Shown: in pieces, positions 58,849 through 64,000 of the stretch | How the letters are laid out: each line of letters begins with the position of its first letter | Position numbering within the stretch: the first letter of the stretch is position 1 | Source: Candidatus Latescibacterota bacterium | GTDB taxonomy: Bacteria; Latescibacterota; UBA2968; UBA8231 | NCBI GenBank assembly: GCA_965261395.1 | Contig: OZ253462.1 | Span: 5,408,001-5,472,000, forward strand | Reading direction: 5' to 3' | Length of the DNA stretch: 64,000 nucleotides | Translations under genes and position numbers: made by a program | Notes under the pieces: generated by a model | What the model saw: only the letters and a program-made list of their open reading frames with translations | Databases searched by the model: none | What the model was told of the DNA's origin: nothing

Positions 58849-60858
58849 CTATCGCCCCTGCAATCGCGCCAACGCGCGCTGGGCTTTGGCGTACTCAGGG
58901 GCCAAGCTCAGGGTCAGGCGGTAGAACTCGGCCGCCTTGTCGAATCGGCCCAAGTCGTGGTAGGCCGCCCCCAAATTAAAGGCGATCAAGTGATTGCCGG
59001 GCGCGGCTTTTAACGCTATGGCAAAATAATCAACCGCCCGCTCCAACGCCCCTTGCCGGACCTCGATCAAGCCCAGCTCATTGGCCGCCTGCGCCCGCAC
59101 CTTTTCCCCGCTTAGCGCCGCTTCAAAGGCTTCCTGGGTCCGCTCTGTTGCCCCCATTCTCTTATAAACCCTCCCCAGCGCCAGAAAAACCGCCGCGTCG
59201 GCCTTTTTTGCCAAAACTCGGCGGTAGTGCTCCACCGCTTGCTCGTATCGTCCCGTGGCCCGGTACAGAGCCGCCAAGTTGAGGTGCAATCCCCGATCGT
59301 CGGGCGCTTGCGCCAAGGCCTGCCGATAAACTGCCTCGGCTTCGTCGTAGCGCCTTAGCGCCACCAGCGCCGCACCCAGATTATGGTGGGCTCGCAGGTA
59401 ATTTGGATCGAGCTGCACTGCGGTCCTAAAGGAGCGCGCCGCAATCGCGTACTGCCCCCGTTGGGCTTGGACGCGCCCCAGATCAAAGTGTACTTCCGCG
59501 TCGGCCAAAGAGTCGGCCGGCCGCAGGCCAGCGTTGGCAGCTATCCCCAGCAAAACGACAAAAGCCAAGCCGATCCCCAAGGGACGCCACTGCCGGTCCT
59601 GCCCCTGCTGCACCAGCCAGACTAGGGCGTACCCGGCAAATAGTAGCAGCAGCGGCACTAGGGGCAGGCGATAGCGGCCGGTGATAAAAAAGAGCAGCAG
59701 CGAGGCGCTGTACGCGCCGGTGCAGAGCAGCAGTAAACCCGCCTGAGGCCGGTGTCGCCAAGCCAGCACCATGCCCACAGCGGCTAAAGGTCCCAGCAGT
59801 CCAAAAGGAAAGGCGAAGTGATGGATTTTCCACAGCAAGACGCTCATCAGCCAAGAATAGATGCGGGCGAAGTACACGTCTTGGTTGCGCTTGATTTCCT
59901 CTCCTCGCGCCAACAAGAACGCCTTGTACCCCAACAACCGCACAAAATCCCCGGGCGCACCGGCGATCCAGTCGCTAGCTTGCCGGTAGAAGTAGGCCGA
60001 GCGCTCGGCGTACCCCACTTGACCCGCGGCCAGCGGCTGCTCCATTAAGGCCTCCCATTCCGGCCCTGGGCGGATCCCTACCAGACGGTTGTAATCGGGA
60101 TGGTTGCCCAAGTAGAAATTCACTCCGCCGTTCCAGGACAAGGGGATGAACTCGCCGCTGACCGCCCAATTCCTCGCCGTCACTACGCCAACCACTGAGC
60201 AGGCGGTCGCCGCAAAAAGCAGGCACCAGACCAGCTTGCTCCGCGCTACTCGCTCAGCACTCCTCCAGTACCATAGACAGGCGCAAGGAGCCAACAGGGC
60301 CGCATTGGGCACGGCGACTATGGCCAAGCCTTGGACGAGGCCCGAGACTAGAGCCTGTCCCCATCCCCGGCCGGGCTGGAGCAGGACAAAGAGCAACAGG
60401 AGATTGAGGAAAACGGCCAGCGCAGTGGGCAGCAGCTCGCCGGCAAAATAGATGGAAGGTCCGTATAAACAGGCCATGATTCCAGCGAGGAGACCAACTC
60501 GGGTGCCAAACACCTGCCGGCCGATGCCAAAGACCAAGGCACAAGAGGCCGCTGCCAAGAGGAACTGGACAAGTCGGGGCGTCCAGAACAAGTCGCCGGA
60601 AACGGCGTAGATCAAGGCGAGAAAATAGGGGTATAGAGGCGGCTGCCAAAAGGGCTTGTCCCCCACCCAGGACACCTCGGCGAGCTGCCGCGCCTGAGCC
60701 ACATAGGAGTGGGCATCCACTACCGGTGCCGAGAAAAAGGGATTGTCTTGACTGTGCCCCAAATAGACCAGACGCACGACCAACGCCAAAAGAAAAAGAC
60801 CACCTGCGACCTTCAATTCGCGTCGGCTCATCGAGGCGGCCGAGGGCGGGTTATTCAT
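58849..60858 (-). CDS. GT-C (PMT/ArnT, GT39-like) membrane glycosyltransferase with C-terminal TPRs
   Basis: VDAHSY, FWQPPLYPYFLA, multiple TM helices, RYRLP, then HFDLG/HHNLG TPRs. Confidence 0.8.
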   Translation of the reverse strand: MNNPPSAASMSRRELKVAGGLFLLALVVRLVYLGHSQDNPFFSAPVVDAHSYVAQARQLAEVSWVGDKPFWQPPLYPYFLALIYAVSGDLFWTPRLVQFLLAAASCALVFGIGRQVFGTRVGLLAGIMACLYGPSIYFAGELLPTALAVFLNLLLLFVLLQPGRGWGQALVSGLVQGLAIVAVPNAALLAPCACLWYWRSAERVARSKLVWCLLFAATACSVVGVVTARNWAVSGEFIPLSWNGGVNFYLGNHPDYNRLVGIRPGPEWEALMEQPLAAGQVGYAERSAYFYRQASDWIAGAPGDFVRLLGYKAFLLARGEEIKRNQDVYFARIYSWLMSVLLWKIHHFAFPFGLLGPLAAVGMVLAWRHRPQAGLLLLCTGAYSASLLLFFITGRYRLPLVPLLLLFAGYALVWLVQQGQDRQWRPLGIGLAFVVLLGIAANAGLRPADSLADAEVHFDLGRVQAQRGQYAIAARSFRTAVQLDPNYLRAHHNLGAALVALRRYDEAEAVYRQALAQAPDDRGLHLNLAALYRATGRYEQAVEHYRRVLAKKADAAVFLALGRVYKRMGATERTQEAFEAALSGEKVRAQAANELGLIEVRQGALERAVDYFAIALKAAPGNHLIAFNLGAAYHDLGRFDKAAEFYRLTLSLAPEYAKAQRALARLQGR

Positions 60859-62677
60859 ACTGCACACCCCGTCCTTGCTCGATTAGCAAATTCCGCTCGG
60901 CGGGTAGATCTCGAAATACCTGCGCGGTCCCATCCGGCCATTGGACTTCCAGCAGGTCAATGCGCTCGTAGCCGCCCAAGCCGAAGTGGAGCCGTCGATC
61001 ACCAGCCGATAAATAGCTGCTCCCACTTCTAACTAAGCGGCGCTGCTCCAACGAACCCGCCACCAGCCGCACTTCGGCTCCCACCGCATCGCGGTTGGCC
61101 GTTGTAGCCACCAGCTTGACTGCGGTCCAATTGCGCCCGTTGCCGTGGTGATTGCGCGCCAGCTTGGCCGGCCCCCCGCAATTGGTCACCAGCAGGTCCA
61201 GATCGCCGTCCCCGTCCCAGTCGCCCCGGGCCAGTCCCCGACTTATTTGCTCTTGCGCGAACCAACTCCCCGCACTGTCCGCCACATCGGTGAAGCGGCA
61301 GGAGCTGTCGTTGCGAAATAGCTGATGCTCTTGGGCATAGCGCACCCCGGGTTGCAGGATATGAACGCGGTCCAAGACATGGCCGTTGGCCACGTACAGA
61401 TCTTGGTCGCCGTCGTGGTCGTAATCGAGAAACGCAGTGCCAAAGCCCAAGTAGAGCCAACTCGGCCGGCCCAAGCCCGCAGCCGTGGTCACATCTTTGA
61501 AATAGGTTCCTTCATTGCGATAGAGCGTATTGGTTTCGCGCGAGAAATTGGTGACGAACAGATCCCAGTCGCCATCGCGGTCGCAATCGCCGATGGCCAC
61601 TCCCATACCGGCCTCGGCTTGGCCGCGCACATTGTAGGCCACCCCGGCTTGTAGGGCTACATCGCGGAAGGTGCCATCGCCGGCGTTTTGGTAGAGGAAG
61701 TTGGCCACCCCGTCGTTGGCCACGTATAGATCCTGGTAGCCGTCCTCGTTCCAGTCCCAAGCCACCACGCCCAACCCCTTGCCATTGGGATTGGCAATGC
61801 CAGCGGCAATGGATACATCGGCAAAAGTACCGTCCCCCTCGTTGTGGTAGAGCACATCGGGCACGCCCCCGTACTCGCTGGGCGCGCAGTACGAGCGCGT
61901 ATCTTCCCCAATGGCGCGCAAGCCCGCGTCGTCAGTGCGGATGAAACCACCGCAGATTTTGTTGGTCGCTGGGGTAAAATCGAGATAATTGACCACATAC
62001 AGATCGAGCGCGCCATCGTTGTCGCGGTCGAAAAAGGCGGCGCTGGTGCTCCATTGGGGAGCCTCGACGCCACGACTGCGGACAAAGGTGGCGTCCCCTC
62101 GGTTGTGATAGAGGGCGTTAGGGCCGTAGTTGGTCGCGTACAGATCCTGGTCGCCGTCGTTGTCGGCATCGGCCACGGCCACGCCCATGCCATAGCCCGG
62201 GTCCGCGGCCCCACCGGCATTGGGCACGGCGACAAAAGTACCTTTCCCTTCGTTGCGGTAGAGCGCATTACCCCTTGGTTCCACCTCAGCCACGGGGGCC
62301 AATTCGACCGCATAGTCGGCCGGATCTGCGGAGCGGCCCTCGGCGCTAGGGGTCAATGGGGCCACCCAATAGAGGCCCTCTTCTCTGCGCGCCAAGTTGA
62401 TCGGCCGGGTGTCCAAGCCCCTTAGATCGAAGCCGTTGACCAGATAAATATCTAAGTCGCCGTCCTCGTCAAAGTCGGCCAAGGCCCCGCCCGCGCCCAT
62501 GGTCTCAATGAGAAAGTACTGCCCGGCGGCACCGTTTTCGTGGACAAAGGAAAGGCCCGCTTGGTCGGTGGCATCGGTGAAGTACACCGCCGGCGACTCG
62601 CTTTGGCAGCCCATGGACCATCCGAGCGCCAAGATAGCCGTCAATCGTTGAATATGGCGGCCCACCCTTCCTCTCAA
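60851..62677 (-). CDS. CRTAC1-family FG-GAP plus ASPIC/UnbV protein (probable lipoprotein)
   Basis: SMGC. DxDxDGDxD repeats. NRDAVGAEV...HFGLG...VQWPDG. Confidence 0.88.
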   Translation of the reverse strand: MRGRVGRHIQRLTAILALGWSMGCQSESPAVYFTDATDQAGLSFVHENGAAGQYFLIETMGAGGALADFDEDGDLDIYLVNGFDLRGLDTRPINLARREEGLYWVAPLTPSAEGRSADPADYAVELAPVAEVEPRGNALYRNEGKGTFVAVPNAGGAADPGYGMGVAVADADNDGDQDLYATNYGPNALYHNRGDATFVRSRGVEAPQWSTSAAFFDRDNDGALDLYVVNYLDFTPATNKICGGFIRTDDAGLRAIGEDTRSYCAPSEYGGVPDVLYHNEGDGTFADVSIAAGIANPNGKGLGVVAWDWNEDGYQDLYVANDGVANFLYQNAGDGTFRDVALQAGVAYNVRGQAEAGMGVAIGDCDRDGDWDLFVTNFSRETNTLYRNEGTYFKDVTTAAGLGRPSWLYLGFGTAFLDYDHDGDQDLYVANGHVLDRVHILQPGVRYAQEHQLFRNDSSCRFTDVADSAGSWFAQEQISRGLARGDWDGDGDLDLLVTNCGGPAKLARNHHGNGRNWTAVKLVATTANRDAVGAEVRLVAGSLEQRRLVRSGSSYLSAGDRRLHFGLGGYERIDLLEVQWPDGTAQVFRDLPAERNLLIEQGRGVQYE

Positions 62678-64000
62678 TACACCACGTGAACGAGCTGCAT
62701 CATCTGGGTCCGCACATTCCTGCGTGCATCTGCATCCACCTCCACCCGCAAGATATACGTCCCCGGCGGCACCCGCTCGCCCGCGTCATCCACCCCCTCC
62801 CAAGCCACCTCGTATTGCCCACTCGCCCGCTCTCGCACCTGTTCCAGCGCCCAAATGCGACGACCCGCCAGATCGTGCACCGAGACGATCACCGCCTGAG
62901 TTCCATCCAAGCGCAGCACTTTAAAGCCAATCAGCGCTGCGTCATTAACTCCATCCCCATTGGGCGTCACGGCTTTTGGGACCAGCGCCAGCTCCGCCAA
63001 ACCCACCTGTCCCGAGGGCACCAGCACCCGGAGGACGCCGCTTTCCACTTCGGCCACGGTCTCTTGATCGGCTTCGACCAATTGCCAAGTTCCCGAATCA
63101 TCGCGGTTGCCCACCCGTCCCGCAAAGGAAACGCCGTGGCCAAATAGCGCGGTCAATACATCGACCGCTACTACCTCGTCGCGACCAACCGCGTCGGGCA
63201 GGCGCACCCACAGCGAGTCGGCCGCGGTCTTAAGCACCTCCACCACATCTAGGCCCAGCACTGCGCCGCCTCCGGCAGCCACTTCGGCCGCAGAGCCAAG
63301 GCGCACCTCCCGCAGCGACAGCGGCGTCCCTCCCGAACTGACCAATAACACCTCGTCAATGCCTGGATCACCCACCCGTCGCACCGGCCGCACGAAAAAG
63401 GTCAGCGGCGTGTCCTCCCCCGGATGTTCCACCTGCACTGGGAATACCTCGCCCAAGGCTCTGCCCACCCACGGTTGGGAAAACGACACCTCCAAGCGCC
63501 GCAATAGCACGGAATTTTGCGGGTCGTCACTGCTCAATCGCACCTGGGCCTTGAGGAAGCGGCGCGGCGACGGCGAAGTGATGACTTGGCCCGACCGCAG
63601 GTGCGGTTTGCTCCAAGGGCTCCAAGTTTCCTCATCGACGACCAGCACATTGAGCGAATCCCCTTTAAGCGCGGCAATCAATTTATGGTACGCTTTTTTG
63701 TCCACTTCAGCGCCGTCGCTCCGGTAATACGTGGTGTTAACTTTGGTCCGATCGCCGGTTCGGGTGGCCACCTCAATGCGCGTACCGGGCGGGATGTCGG
63801 CCTCCCACTGAAGCGTGGTCAAATTCCTGCTACTGCTCAAGTCGATCAACGGCGATTCCAACACCACCTCCGGCTGATAGCCCTCGCCGTAGGCCTGTAG
63901 TTCGGACCAGCCGGCTCTGTTCCCCCCCCTGCCCACCAGATAGTCGAAGGCAATGTAGCGGACCTTCTGCAGCTCAAAGCGCACCTCTTGGAACCGAGGC
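62674..64000 (-). CDS. FlgD/CHU_C-tailed family protein, 5'-truncated by the window edge
   Basis: SELQAYGEGY. ATRTG. SPSPRRF. TPNGDGVND. WEGVD...PGTY. Ends HVVY. Confidence 0.8.
   Translation of the reverse strand, partial: PRFQEVRFELQKVRYIAFDYLVGRGGNRAGWSELQAYGEGYQPEVVLESPLIDLSSSRNLTTLQWEADIPPGTRIEVATRTGDRTKVNTTYYRSDGAEVDKKAYHKLIAALKGDSLNVLVVDEETWSPWSKPHLRSGQVITSPSPRRFLKAQVRLSSDDPQNSVLLRRLEVSFSQPWVGRALGEVFPVQVEHPGEDTPLTFFVRPVRRVGDPGIDEVLLVSSGGTPLSLREVRLGSAAEVAAGGGAVLGLDVVEVLKTAADSLWVRLPDAVGRDEVVAVDVLTALFGHGVSFAGRVGNRDDSGTWQLVEADQETVAEVESGVLRVLVPSGQVGLAELALVPKAVTPNGDGVNDAALIGFKVLRLDGTQAVIVSVHDLAGRRIWALEQVRERASGQYEVAWEGVDDAGERVPPGTYILRVEVDADARRNVRTQMMQLVHVVY

Noticed and set aside
46867-62677. 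Enediyne biosynthetic cluster
   Set aside because: UnbV/UnbU-like genes are present, but there is no PKS or thioesterase.

Overview
A GC-rich bacterial window. The gene repertoire (Gfo/Idh/MocA, PhyH, HpcH, DUF6785-like permease, CRTAC1/UnbV proteins, a C-terminal 'TWGRIK' motif, many FlgD/CHU_C-tailed proteins) suggests Ca. Latescibacterota or a related lineage; this is inference. From left to right it contains: (1) an enolase-superfamily gene and a Bor/Iss-like lipoprotein gene split by a complete IS630 element. (2) An S9 plus S8-HEAT peptidase pair with an AT-rich promoter/hairpin/small-ORF region upstream, an APH fragment and a Cas2-like plus PIN pair. (3) Sugar-catabolism genes. (4) A ~9 kb probable defence island (two Schlafen/AlbA_2-HATPase proteins and a 1794-aa DEAH/DUF1998/nuclease helicase) bracketed by a 19-bp direct repeat at the 3' end of phyH. 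(5) An envelope locus: DUF6785-like permease, TPR lipoprotein, lipoprotein, 878-aa putative outer-membrane protein, three FlgD/CHU_C-tailed proteins and an UnbU-like protein. (6) More catabolic genes and pseudogenes, an aquaporin and vapBC. (7) A second envelope locus with CRTAC1/UnbV proteins, a GT-C/TPR glycosyltransferase and a tandem array of four ~2.27-kb paralogs whose differences concentrate in a few short loops. The strongest candidate for an undescribed system is the eight-member secreted protein family with a Tyr-terminal CHU_C/FlgD-like tail, its variable loops and its co-located export/uptake partners. No rRNA, tRNA or CRISPR array was seen. All family calls come from motif recognition by eye, not from database searches.
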